Shown: positions 21,583 to 34,296, counted from the stretch's first letter. The stretch: DNA of 54,166 bases from Psammoneis japonica (GCA_008632985.1 QPGO01000327.1:1-54166); one strand, 5' to 3'. The notes: generated by a model not told the origin, from the sequence alone. Numbers and translations: made by a program.

Positions 21583-23603
21583 CTAAAACTGCTTTTCAGT
21601 CACACCCGCACCCATTGCTGCCGTCGACGAGGAGCCACCGCTGGCAACGGTCACCATGGAATCCACAAGTTCCGCTCCCGACCACTTTTGGTGTGTCAGG
21701 AGCTCCACCTTGCGGTCACGCTCTTTGCGCTGAATGTTTTGGACATAGGCCAGCATGCCACGGTCTCCAAAGGAACGAGCAAGTTCTGTAATGATGAGAC
21801 CATTGGAATGGAATCCAGCCAGCGTAATGAACTGCCAAGCGTATCCAAGACGACCCAAGTCGTCATTGAAGGAGGCAAGCTCTGCGTCCGTCATGCCAGA
21901 CGCGTCCCAGTTGAAACTCGGGCTAAGATTGTATGCCAGCATTTGATGAGGATACATTTTCTAAGTGTGAACAGAAAAGAAAAAAACATAAGGTAAGTGG
22001 ATGGGTATCATAGAATAACAAGCACTGCAACGACGCAGTACACGAAAATCCATATTATGCGGCCACATACCTTGACCCCCTCCGAAAACTTGCGAGCCTC
22101 GGGAATACCAGGCTTGGCGGTTTCCATCCAAATGAGATCCGCATATGGTGCATACGCCCTGGCACGTTGAATGCAATAATCAATGCCAGCCTTGAGGCGG
22201 TAGTATCCCTCACGGACACGGCAAAGCTCCCAGTCAAAGTAGACCGAGTTCTTTTCTCCAAAAATCGAGTCTGCAATCCTGCGTGCCTTGGCATTGCTGA
22301 GAGTGTTTGGATCACTTGCTTGCCACTGCTGCACCATTTGCTGCTTTTGCGCACTCGACACGTTGAGGGATGCAATCTTGGCCAAAACGGCCTCTCCAAA
22401 GGTCATGAGATTGGCCCGCTTGGTCCATTCTTGCGTCGCACGGTTGGCATCCTTGGCTCCCGCTACGGCGTCACGGAGCGATCCAACACCGCGAGTCGTA
22501 ACGCCCAGAATAAAGGGATGGTCACGACCGTCCACATTGGAATCCAACAAGGTGGCTGCTTCCGCGTCGGTACGAGCCACAAGGATCGTGTTGGTACCCA
22601 TCACATCACACGCCAGTCGGGCAGCCACAAGGCGATCTACATGTTCCTGCGTCGACACCAACACCTTGCCACCCATGTGTCCGCACTTTTTGGTTCCCGG
22701 CTTTTGGTCTTCAAAATGAATTCCAGCTGCGCCGGCTTCCAAAAAGAGCTTGACAAGCTTCATTACCGCGCTTAGCCCGCCATGTCCGGTATCACCGTCT
22801 GCCACGACGGGAACAAGATAGTCCGTCTTGGGACCGGGATCGGCGCCAGCCAAGAGCGCCTTGGTGCGTTCGTTGTGTTGTCGACGATCGTGGTGTTGCT
22901 GGGCTCGAACCAACTGGTCCACCTTGTTGGGGACCGTGTTCATGGGATAATCGGCAAAGTCTGGGCCGGGCTCGTTGGTAGTGGATGCCGTCGAAGAGCA
23001 CTGCCAACCCGACACGTAGATGCTGGACAAGTGAGGGGCCATTTGAATGACTTGGACGGGATCGAGAGCTCCAAACGTGTGAGAGTATCCACCGACCGAA
23101 CGGAGGGCAGTCAAGAGAGAGTAGAGCTTGTCGGATTGTTCCGATGAGAAGGCACAACTCGGTACGCACTGACGGCCACCGCGAGCTTCCAGCGATGGGC
23201 GGAGACAAGCCACGTCCATGGCTATTATGATAAGTAGAGAGAACATTGATCGACAGGGTATGACATACTTTGTTAGCAAAAGATTCGTTCCAACACATCA
23301 TATAAAAAACAAAAAAAATTAAAAACACGTCACTTCTTCAGTTTCAACGACTGACTTACCAGAGTAAGGACGCGTCGTGTGTCCCCACCGATTCTGATCA
23401 GACCACCATTGCTGAATAGCTGCAGCCTCTTGGTTGAGATTCGACAACTCTTGGGATGGGTTCGCAATCTTGGTTTGACGTGCAATCGGAAGCGAACGCA
23501 ATCCTCGGCTAACCTTGGGCGTCGTGTCGCTGCTGCTGTCTTTGTTTGACTCTCGGTTCACGGTAGCGACCATGGTAGACCGTGTCTTGACTATAAACGT
23601 CAT
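21583..23603 (-). CDS. ICL: Isocitrate lyase; exons 23603-23360, 23221-22071, 21960-21583
   Basis: Signature [12 protein letters not shown], plus [42 protein letters not shown] and [13 protein letters not shown] introns 23359-23222 and 22070-21961 restore a continuous frame. Confidence 0.97.
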
Positions 23604-23959
23604 GTGTCTCTACAATATATCAGCGACCTGATCTTGTTGAAATGGGAAGCCTGATGAAAACACACAACACGGAAATATGATCGCGTCGATGTTGTGATGC
23701 CAAGAAAAGAAATTGTGAGCGTCGGACGATGCCGATGGACTGTGCCAGTAACGAGCAGGTAGAAACATACGAGAACCACCGTAGAAAGCCAAACGGCATC
23801 GTCACATCGCGGGTGTCACGAGTGTCAAGACTGAATTTGCCTCCGATGCTTGACACGACCTGACGTCGATCTACCAATCAAAATGATTCAATTCGATGAC
23901 ACGAATCTTCTCATCTTGTCGACTCGAACGATTCAAAAATCCGACAAGAGAAACAGAGA

Positions 23960-24640
23960 TGAGAAAAGAGACAAAAACTCTGGCAGGCAACTAAATTCAT
24001 GGTGAGAAAGGATGTGCAAGGCTTCAAACAGCACAGAGCATTGCAAAGATGTGATGATCATCACAAAAATCACAGCAGCACACATGAACCTCTCAGGCAG
24101 AAGCAGCGCCAAGGACGAGGGCGCGTGCACCACGCACACAAACACAAAAAAGTGGTGCTGCAAGCATGCCCTGGCTGGAGCAACCAGCAAAAAAATTTAC
24201 ATGCTTGCATTGCTCTCTACATGTGTGGAATGCAATGACACCCCTTGCAGCACATTGATGGCAATCTGCATGCAACAATGTGGCGCCGCGCCAGCTTGTT
24301 GCAAAAAATTGGCTTTTTCATGCATGTGCTGTTTGGAGGAGATGCCTGGTGTCACTGGTGTGATGTCAGCAGCCTTTCCAACTGTGCGCATGCAAGCTTG
24401 GGCTCTTGGGATGTGTGCCTGCAATTTGCAGGTTGTGGAGAAGAAGCTCTGGTGCTCGCCGCCCTTGTGCACACACCAGCTGTGCTGTGAGGTGTCATGC
24501 GATGTGTGAGATGGCTGCCACCCTTCTGTCCTGTCTGCTTTGAACTTTGCCACACTTCCACCAAGTGTCTCTGACTCAATCAAATTGTCTTTAGGCCCTG
24601 TGAAATCATCGTGTGCACATGTTGCGATGCTGCACGGACG
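23960..24640. repeat. Small CpG/TpA-depleted island
   Basis: TG/CA-rich, almost no TA, Cys/His-rich spurious ORFs. Confidence 0.65.
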
Positions 24641-24783
24641 TTGGATGGATGCATGGACGGATGGACCCGCCCGCCCGCGCGCGCCCGCCCAGGAGGACAC
24701 GTTTCCGTCCGTCAGTCGTCAGGTTCCGTCGCTTTTGGCGCCACATCACGCGGAATCTTTGGCGGCGCGGCGGCGGCGGCCTT

Positions 24784-24962
24784 TCGGGCTTTGGATATAG
24801 CGGGGCGCGGGGGGTCCCCGCGATTTTCCTGTGATCGTGCCACGTAGACTCACCCATGGCCCAAGCAGTACATCGTTCACGCGCAGTATCGCGTAGTGCG
24901 GGGCCCCGCCGCGGGGGTGCCGTCTTTTTTCCTGAAATCGCCCCGCTATATCCAAAGGCCTA
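24784..24962. mobile_element. 179-bp GC-rich MITE, hAT-like
   Basis: Perfect 19-bp inverted core CTTTGGATATAGCGGGGCG (24789-24807 / 24939-24957), extending to 22/24 at the ends. Flanked by the 8-bp direct repeat GCGGCCTT (24776-24783 / 24963-24970). Confidence 0.75.
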
Positions 24963-25138
24963 GCGGCCTTTGCTTTGCGCTCTGGCTTTCGCGGCGCTTG
25001 TTCATTGGATTGTGCCTGTTGGATACCATACATTTTGTGGATTGAGCCTTTCCGCACCTTGCTGTTTCCTGAACCAGTGATTTCATCTTGCGTCGCTATA
25101 AAGTTTGCGCATAGAACTCAACAGAAGTTGAAAAAATA

Positions 25139-25570
25139 ATGTCTGCTACAGCGAATCCAGGCAACGAACTTGTAAATGCAGTCAATGAAAAGGTCGCATC
25201 CTTTAGAGAATTGCAGCAAGAGATAACGAAAGGCCAGGTCGATCTTCAAACTCTCTTGGGGCAACGAACCGAAAACGAAATTGTCAAGCAAGAATTAGAA
25301 ATCATGATTAAAAACAACAATGATTATGTATACAAGGAAATGGGTCCGGTGCTCATCAAGCAAGACGTATCCGAAGCCAAGGACACGGTGGAGAAGCGGT
25401 TGGAATTTATTTCAGCGGAAATGAGCAAGCTAGAAAAGTCACTAAAGAGCAAAGAAACCAAGGCTAACGAGACTGCGGCAGAGGTACAGGAAATGCAATC
25501 CAAAATGCAAAAAGCGGCTGTCGATGCGGCCATGGCTGTAGCTGCAGCCAACAAAAAGAGTGAAGAGTGA
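25139..25570 (+). CDS. PFDN6: Prefoldin subunit 6 (beta-type)
   Basis: QRTENEIVKQELE, VYKEMGPVLIKQD..EAKDTVEKRLEFISAE, with coiled-coil arms. Confidence 0.9.
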   Translation: MSATANPGNELVNAVNEKVASFRELQQEITKGQVDLQTLLGQRTENEIVKQELEIMIKNNNDYVYKEMGPVLIKQDVSEAKDTVEKRLEFISAEMSKLEKSLKSKETKANETAAEVQEMQSKMQKAAVDAAMAVAAANKKSEE

Positions 25571-25826
25571 AAAGGGGAAAACCGAAGGGATTATAAGGGA
25601 TAAGGCGTAGGAAATCTTGTCATGACACCGTCCGTTCTGGAAGACGTCATGCAGTACTTCGATTTGTGCTTAACGTACGTGTGAGCACTCATCACGAATT
25701 CCACTCCTGCTTGTAAGTCCGACAGGACGATATTCATTACATAACTATACTCATCAACGAGGTATTGTCGAAGCTTGATATTCTTGTCTTAGCATTGAAA
25801 TGAAGTTGCTGTGCGTGACCCGGTCA

Positions 25827-26480
25827 TCAATCGGGCTTGTACTTGAAGCGTCGGTCGCTGTCTCCAAAACAACAGGCTCGAAAGAGCCGTATAATAATCC
25901 ACACAACAAAGGCAGCATGCAAAATCAGAAACGACGCAACGAGAACCCTTAGGAATTTGTTTTTGTTTGTAGCATCCAAAAAACGTTTCCATTGGACACT
26001 CTACCAACTGTTGTCTGCTGCAACCATGCTAGCTTTTACAGTTGTATACCCCTCTTTCACAAACTGTAACAAATTCTCTAGAGACAAATCCCCGTCATAA
26101 GGATACTGCATGCCGCCCGTAAAGAGAATCAATGTAGGATAGCTTCTTATTTGGAATCGTTCTGCTGTCTGCGGATTGGAAAGCACGTCGAGTGCTGCGA
26201 TCTTGACTCTATCATCCTGAGCCAATGTGTTGGAGATCTCGTGCCACGTTGGCGCAAGCCTTTTGGAGAAACTGCATTTTGGAGAGTAGAATTTCACAAA
26301 CCATTTGGAAGTTGATTTTGAATTTAAGGATTGTGTGGCGCGTTCAAAGGTATCATCTGTCAGTACCAGCACATGAGATATTATCGCACCGTTCTTAGCA
26401 TTTCCAGTGCTGTCGGCATTCACATGAAGATTATAGAACCACAGAAACAGCATGAAGATCAGGATCAGATGGCAAATCAT
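25827..26480 (-). CDS. Second TMX-like thioredoxin with a degenerate active site and an internal in-frame TAG (26003-26001); pseudogene or readthrough candidate
   Basis: Signal peptide; VLVLTDDTFE..TQ, KWFVKFYSPKCSFSKRL (CxxS) and IRSYPTL. After the TAG the same frame gives 57 aa with a TM helix and a KYKPD tail. Confidence 0.75.
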
Positions 26481-26933
26481 CTTTTGATCTTCTGAAGCTA
26501 CAGTGTACTGTCGATTCAAAAGAAGATGAGCTGTACCCTTTCAATTCCTTCCTTGTTTCTCTCTCCCTCTCTCGTCTCTCGCAACTTCGCGAAACCACAA
26601 ACGACAGCGCGATCCGCGTCCATGGCGAGATTGAAGAGGCGAGATACCGGTAGTTTGCCATTCGGGTCACGCTCGTGACTCCTTTCGGAGGTGAACCTGT
26701 GAGTCACGAGTGTTATTACACTCACGACTTATTCCGCGATCACACGATAGAAGATGTGAAAGGGGGATCACTTCTGCAGTGGAGAGAAGAGCCTTTCATT
26801 CCGATGTCGAGTCACAGGCTCACAATTTGAGAAAATCGACAAACGTACCAACCAGAGGTTGATTCGTGAATTGAATTTCCCCCCTTGTACTCACCTCCGT
26901 AGTTTCGTCAACCAGCAACACCCAAGTCACACC

Positions 26934-27329
26934 ATGACGTGCCGAAGACCCTCCAACGACAAGAAGGTTGCATACAGTGCGCCAAGACACCACACTGCCA
27001 AGTCGAGATTCCCATTGAAGCGAGTAACGTTTGCTGAGCAGCCCTTGAATCATCAAGAATGTGTATTGCGCGCCCTTAGGATTGCCAACGAAAACGCTTC
27101 ACGCTTGACGAATGCACTGACGGCCAAGCTGCTCTACAAGAGTGGCAAATACAACGACGATTCACTAATCAAGATGCTCAACAGAACATCATCGGCCCTC
27201 GAAATTGCGCACAATGAATACACAAGAGCTACAAACGATTGCTCGGACATGATTGACATAGCAGAAAAGAACGGCATGATCAAGAAATCATCTTCATCGC
27301 AAAGTGTGGAGCTTGCATCTTGCGCATAA
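26934..27329 (+). CDS. Hypothetical protein (131 aa)
   Basis: ATG-initiated ORF with normal composition and helical character; no recognisable motif. Confidence 0.35.
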   Translation: MTCRRPSNDKKVAYSAPRHHTAKSRFPLKRVTFAEQPLNHQECVLRALRIANENASRLTNALTAKLLYKSGKYNDDSLIKMLNRTSSALEIAHNEYTRATNDCSDMIDIAEKNGMIKKSSSSQSVELASCA

Positions 27330-28628
27330 ACTGTCTCGTTGCGCTTACTAAACTCACGTTCGAGTAACAACGTACTCAAAAGAAGCCAATACATTCCAAT
27401 GTGGGACCTGTAATTTCAATTTGGGACTGTGTATAAAAAAGAATGTCATAATGCAATAGAAAATTGTCATCCAAGGTTTGAACGCCGAATTCTGTTCTAG
27501 TTAGTGGGATTTTTGGGCAATGTGTAACTTGAGCTACTAGTGAGCAGTACATTGCTACAGATGTATGCTGAAGTCACAACTAATTAATTGAAACTACATT
27601 GCAAAAACTATTCTAGATTCTAGATCGAATAGAACTTGATTTCGTGAAAGGGTGACCTGCGAAAAGCTAAAGCACTCGAGCGTAGCAGCGTAGACTCTAT
27701 TTCTTTCAATCACGAACGAATTTTTCGATGTCCGTATTGTTTCGTGATCTCGCAAGAGACAAACGATACACATCGGAGCAATTCTTATAGATGCTGTAGC
27801 ACTGCATCGTAGCTATTGACACGTCAATTATGCAGGTACATTATTTACTTTGGATCGAGACTTATGGACGAAGGAAAGTGAACTAGGGTGAAAGAGGGTA
27901 AATATCACTTGACATTTCCGCTGATTTAATGTTTTAGATACTGTGCTGTTAGAACAGTCGTGCATTGTGTAATGATCGGAGTGTGACACATAGCACTCAT
28001 GACATTTCCTAATGTTGCAATTAGATAAGTAGGCGTCTGCAAAGGCAAATATGAGTGAGGCGTAAAGAAATTGCTGTTTAACAAACAAGACTTTGGAAAT
28101 AATTGGGGGACGGGACCGAAGTAGTTAGTAGAGCAAGAGAGCCGTGCGAGAAAGGAACAGAGGGTGAGCGTGACTAACGTTTGAAATTTGGGCGCAGTAC
28201 CGAAACATGACCGATTGCCGTTACTCTACTTTGTATACCAGTACGAAAAATTATCATTTCTACGTGGTTTTTTGTTTCCCTAAGTAATCCCTCACGTAAC
28301 CTTATGTAACGCATTCACGTAGCTTCGGGTTTCTTAGGGTAATGACTTTGTACAAAAAAATTTGACACAGAATATTTAATGACCATCTTATTTATGCCTT
28401 TCATCAAACAATTTGTCATCGCAGAGCCAACGATGACCCAACACAAAACGCGGGCGTTGGTCACTCCACGGGATTATCGTGTAGAACTTGTACCAGGGAT
28501 TTCGAAAAGTTCGCGATCAAAGGTACAACCACTTTCACACGGGATGACTCAAGACAACAACACACTCTCATTCATTTGCAAGTCATAGTCTCCTTCGTTG
28601 TCCAACATCTCGGGTTTGTAGTACCATC

Positions 28629-31105
28629 ATGAGATCGATTAACCCCAACAATGTTGTTGCTGGAGTGCGTGCAGCCTTGAAGAGACCAACCTCGAGGATG
28701 GATATGTTGGTGGTCGGAGTTATTCTTATGTTTGGTTATCAGGCCCTGACAATGGTGAACAGAAAAGGGTCAGCGGTCAGTCCCTTCACGACTAAGCCAT
28801 CGTATGTTGTGAAGACCATTGTAGTTCCTTCTCGGATTGAGCAGGCGAGTAACAACCTACACAACATCTTTCCCGATATGGAGTTTGTCAAGGCCTTCAA
28901 CAAAACAACTGCTGATTTGCAAATGATGGAGTCTGCAAAGACATTGGACCGGTCATGGGACGATGATGGAAAACTGAGAGATATTTACACCATCCCTTAC
29001 CCCCAGGCTGGAGAGGTTTCTTGTACCATGTCTCACCGTCGTGCTTTGGAAAGCTTCTTGGCATCTGATGCAGAAACGATGCTTGTGTTGGAGGATGATG
29101 CCGTAGCGCTGGCAGATAACATCGGAGAGGAGCTCGAGGACATTTTGAATGTCGCACCAGCCGACTGGAATTACATTAATCTTGGACGATGCTGGGATAT
29201 TTGTGAGCTGCGTGACAACAACGTCGTTGCCTCGTTTGGCGTGACAAATGCTGCGAGAGTGTCGAGGAGGGGAACCCTTGAGAAAGGATCTGGTTGGGAG
29301 ATGTGCACCCACGCGTACCTAGTGAACCGAGCCGGAGCTGAGACCCTCCTCCAATACAGCCAGCCCATGGTGTTACCATATGTAAGTTGCAAAAATGAGC
29401 AAATGCCAAGGCACCGGACCCACTGTCACTCACCTTTCAATTCTCTTGAACTACCATTCAGGACCACAATGTGAATATTCTTGGACGTGAAGGGCTTCTG
29501 AATATTTATATCACCTCGCCACGACTTTTTATTCAGTCACCTGACTTTAACAGTCTCCTTCGTAGCAAGGAAAGTTCAGGAAAGCCCGTTTGTGACCCCT
29601 TTGTGAACAAGGATCGCGTTCAAGTTCTGAAGAACGAAATCCCCAAACACGACAAGTACATTATGGATAGGATGAGAGACTCGCCGGTTCAAACCATGGT
29701 GAGCAAGGAGACCATCCGTCTTCAAGAGGCGTCTAGTCCAGAAGCTGCTGAGAAACTACGCATGCAGCTTGTCGCTGACTTGTGTTCTCGCGGCAAGGAA
29801 GAATTCTGCGTTGATACTAAGAAAGTCCACCGTGAAATCTCTCAGCACTGTTCCATGCACGGTGGAGGAGCTGCTGCAGCTCAAGCAAATGATTATCCTG
29901 CCAGTGTTGAGTTCCTAAATGAGCTCGACCGAGCTGGACTCGATGGAGTAATTATTTGGGGGTTGAGACCGGAAGCGGATCATTCCCACAGATACGTTCA
30001 TGCTGCCATTGTCAAGGCAATCGAGTTTGCGCTCGATCATTCCCCTGCGCCACGCCACTTGTGTCACGTGACGGAGATCCCCGGCTTTGACCTTGGAACC
30101 TACTTGTACAAGGACAGCACCCGTGGCAAGATGGCCAAGTCTCTTGTTTTTGCGTCGCCGAAGCACATGACCTGGTCTAATGATATGGGAATGCTTGACA
30201 TGCCTGTTGAAGAATCGTCGCTTTACGTATTCCACGGCATGACTCCCCGTCCCCACGAGGCTCTCAAGAGGGCCGGTCGAGCTGCCGAATGGGAAGCGTG
30301 GGGTCCCGATGGCCACGTTCCAATCTTTGATTCTCAAGAATTTGTGCGAGGGGACATTTGGAGACCGCACAATGGCTGCAATCAGGATCATATTGGAAAG
30401 CATTTCGAGTGTCCCGAAGAAAGACTGGTTGTGATGCCTTGGGCCACGGAGTACATTCCCTCCGAGATTATGCAAAACAAAAGACGCGTCAAATCAAAGG
30501 AGCTGAAACGCATTCAAGATCAAAAAGGAATGGAGTTCATTGGAAGCATCTGGTACTGCAATCTTGATGAGTTTGTGGACTTCACTCGTGGTTGCCTGGA
30601 GCACAACATGACGGTCACCCGCCATGGCAAATGGATTCTTTCTAACGATATCGACAAGCTCAAAGAGTTGCCCAACTTCGAAATGAAGGACGATTTGGAC
30701 AAATATTCGGTGGAGGAAGTATTTCAAAATGCGAATAGCATTTATGCTCCCGCCTTCCAGGGCAAATGCCATTTGGATACAATAATCGAGCAATCGTATG
30801 TTGCAGATAGAATACTGAACGTGATTGCGATGGGTATGCTTCCCATGACGAACAATCCTGTTGCTTTGGAGCTTTTGGGATACTCTCCCGCCATTGTTTT
30901 CAATGAAGATGCTGGCGAGCTGTGCAACACCGCGTTCAAGCACAACACCAACATGAAGGAAATGACCCGCCTTATGGACTTGGTTGCTCGTGACCACACC
31001 TACCTGTCGAGATTCAGTAGTCTCTTGAAGTTTTTCAGTGGACCCGTAAAGGCTACTCTTGATCCGTTTTCCACCAGCGCTGTCTACCGTCGCCTCACAA
31101 ACTAA
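28629..31105 (+). CDS. Type II membrane glycosyltransferase: GT25-like domain plus a probable second GT-like domain; intron 29382-29461
   Basis: N-terminal TM helix; GEVSCTMSH, LVLEDDA and CTHAYLVNRAGAETLL; the spliced junction gives LPYDHN. C-terminal MEFIGSIW and YVADRILNVIAMGMLPMTNN. Confidence 0.8.
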
Positions 31106-31320
31106 TTAAGACGAGCAACAAGCAAATGCAAACAAATGCAAACAACTGGTACCAAATTAAAGATAAAGTTTAGTATTATTTTACATAATATGGATACATA
31201 CTAAAGGTAAATTTGTTTCAATGCGGTGGGGTGATAGTCCACCGGTATTCACTCTAGCTAGAGAGTAGCTCTTAGAGAGTAGAGTTGAGTAGAAAGCATT
31301 TCAATTTGATCCTGCTCTAG

Positions 31321-31483
31321 TAGCGCCGCCGTTACCCATGGAACAAACCTGCCGTTTGAGTAGGAATCCGTGGTTTTTACGTGGCTTCCGGTACATTGCA
31401 GACTCTCTACTCTAGCGGCCGTTACCATGAAAAAAATTGCCGTTTCAGTAGGAATCCGTGAAATTCACGTGGCTTCCAGTACA
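31321..31483 (+). repeat. Imperfect direct repeat of about 70-75 bp upstream of the propeller gene
   Basis: gccgttacc(c)atg...tgccgttt.agtaggaatccgtg...acgtggcttcc.gtaca at 31321-31395 and 31413-31483. Confidence 0.85.
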
Positions 31484-31684
31484 AAAGATATTCCATTGCT
31501 GGAGTGAAACGGTCGCTGCAATTGTCAGTTGAGATAGGAATTCGTAGAAGCTGGTACAAGTCCTACGGAAGGAGACTGCTCAGGTCGGTGAATTTCCCGT
31601 GACTGCTCATTCAGTCTCCTCATTCGTTGCTCTCATAATTTGCTCTTTACGCTGCAAGTTACACCTCTTCTGAAAAGTTCTTCG

Positions 31685-34296
31685 ATGCCCCGCTTCGTTC
31701 CCTCTGTCTTGACGGCCTTATTGGCAACCAATGTGGTTGCTGGGTCGCAGGACTCCCACGGATTGAACGGATTGGTAAGTGCTGCATTGTTCTCTACGCG
31801 TTCTACCCGTCGTCTTGTCGTCGTGATCTTGTGTTTTGCCATTGTTCTACGCTTTCACTCACGTTTCTCCGCTGTCCACGTCGCCATTCCACTTCAGCAT
31901 CCTTTCAAGTCTCACGCCGCTTCAGCGGTCTCTTCGTCTCTTCGTCGTTTGGATCCTACGGGTTTCACCAAGATTGGCGATACGATTTTCGGCACGCCCT
32001 CTTCGAACGGTGGGGTTGACGATGTCGAGTTCGGATCGGTTGTTGACCTTTCGTCGGCCGACGGCACACGCCTCGTTGTTGGATCCCCCCTCCACGACGT
32101 TCCGAACGAGGATGGCGGCGGGATCTTTCTCTACGATGACAACGGCACTGATTGGGACCTTCTTTGGTCGAGCTCCGACGATCCTGCCACCACCGGTGCT
32201 CTCAACGAGAAGATTCAGCACGTTTCGCTCTCCGCCGATGGTGCTCGTATCGCTCTCCGTCGTAACGATGCTTCACCCAACTACGCTCAGGTTTTTGATA
32301 TCAGCCCTGGTGGGGTTGCCACGCAACTTGGTGCGAACATTGCTAGTGCGAGCACTCAAGATGGTGAGGTCGTCACCATGTCTCCGGATGGAACCCGCAT
32401 GGCTCTTAGCAGTGAGGGTGACAACGTAAGCGCTGGCCTCGTCCAAGTCTTCGAGTGGTCGGGTACCGCGTGGAATGCCATCGGATCCTTTGCAGGGACC
32501 GCAGCGGGCGGTCGCTTCGGCTCGAGCACTGCTTTCTCCACGGATGGCAACCGCATTGCGATTTCCGCCTTCAAGTTTGACGACGGTGCAAATACGGAAG
32601 CCGGACTTGTCCAAGTCTACGAGTACAACGGCGTTTCATGGACTCAAGTTGGTACGGACATCATTGGAGCCAGCGCTGGAATGCAGCTCGGTTTTTCGAT
32701 TGACCTGAGTGGCAGTGGTTCTTCCTTGATCATTGGTTCGCCCTTTAGCGACGGAGGCGGAAGTTTGCGTGGAGCCGTGGAAGTCTACGAGTACGATGGC
32801 AGCGCGTGGGTCATTCAGGGTACCGCCATGGAAGGAGACGATAACGACAGGTTTGGTCGCTCCGTGGCCATCTCCGACGACGGGTCTCGCATCGCCGCTT
32901 CCTCCTACCAGTTCAGCAACCAAAAGGGTCGGGTCCAGCTTTTCGAGTTTGATTCCGGCGCTTGGACGCAGCTGGGAGATGACATCGAAGGGGAAGCCAA
33001 TCAGAACCGATTTGGTTTCAGTGTCTCCATGACTGGTGATGGTGTTCGTCTCGCGGGAGGAGCTACATGGGCCGACGATGACGGTGGCTTCTCGACTGGC
33101 AGTGTTCGTGTCTTTGACGGACCGGCCCTTCCTACCAGCTCTCCCTCGCAAGCACCGTCCTTGGAACCGTCTTCGTTACCTTCTTCCATCCCAACTGCAA
33201 GCCCTGCCCCGTCTTCGCAGCCTTCCGCTCTCCCTCCTCGTCGGATAGTCCTTCCGCCGCCCCGAGCTCGTACCTGGACTTGAACGTCGATCAGTTCTCG
33301 TGGGACATCTTCAGGCTGGACGATGCGGTTGTGGCGTTCAACGATGCCTCTGACACCGAGGAGATCAAGTTCAACTACAACATCACTCGTCGTGAAAACA
33401 CCGTCGTGATTTACGAGTCGGACTGCCTCACCGCTGTCCCCGATACCGTTGTTGGAGTGGCCAAGACTTTGACTCCTACTTCTCCTTCGCATGGAACTCT
33501 CGACGTTGCCCTTGATATCAAGCAGGATACCGTCACCACCAGTGGAGTCTGGAATGACACTGACGTTGGTGGAGGAACTATCAGCTTGTGTATCCGTGTT
33601 GATCTGATGCTCGACGATGATGACGACGATATCGCGACTTCGGTTCACTTCCATGAGACCAAGATCATTCTTACCATCGACTTGACCCAAGGTTTCACGG
33701 TGTCGGGAGTCCTCGATCTTGAGCGTACGGACGCTGGATTGCTCAACCAGAACGCGGACTTGGACTACAACGTGTTCGCCTGTCAGTGTGACGTGTCTTT
33801 GACATGTCTTGCCGAGACTTTGACGCAGGGAGACGACGTCTACATTTGCCTCGAAACGAACGCTACCAATCTTGTGTTTGTCGGAATCGATTCTCTGGTC
33901 TTTGAGCAGGGATTGCTTACGAGGACCCCCATCTCCAACGGGGATGCGGACGCATTGACTGCCGTGGCGTACAACGGGGACAAGTGCAACATTCGTACTC
34001 AGATGACTTCGGCGTTCTTTGTCGACGACCTTCCTGCTGATGTGCTCGCATATGGAGTTGCTGTCATGGCATTCACTGATACCGGACGTCGTCTTCGTGC
34101 CAACGTTCTCTATAGTGAACCTGAAGGAGACGAGAGCAAGCAGGTCAGGAAGCTCGACGAGCCCGATGACACCGCTGGCAGTGCTGCGTTTGAGATGGTC
34201 TTCAACTTGGATGACAAGCAGGGATCTAGCGCTTCCGTCAAGAAGGTGACGACGGTGGTGTTCATGGCTCTCAGCGGTGCCTTCTTCTTCATGTAA
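31685..34296 (+). CDS. Secreted or surface protein: FG-GAP-like beta-propeller, Pro/Ser linker, acidic beta-rich domain, hydrophobic C-terminus; probable intron 31775-31897; apparent 1-nt deletion at about 33234
   Basis: Repeats of FGSxVxLS.DG.R...G.VQV(F/Y)E..G..W.Q.G and a PSxxPS linker. Adding one base at about 33234 gives PSSSDSPSAAPSSYLDLNVDQFSW and fuses ORF 31640-33283 to ORF 33280-34296. Confidence 0.8.

Noticed and set aside
23222..23359. Apparent frame break near the start of isocitrate lyase
   Set aside because: Explained by a canonical GTAAGT...TAG intron.
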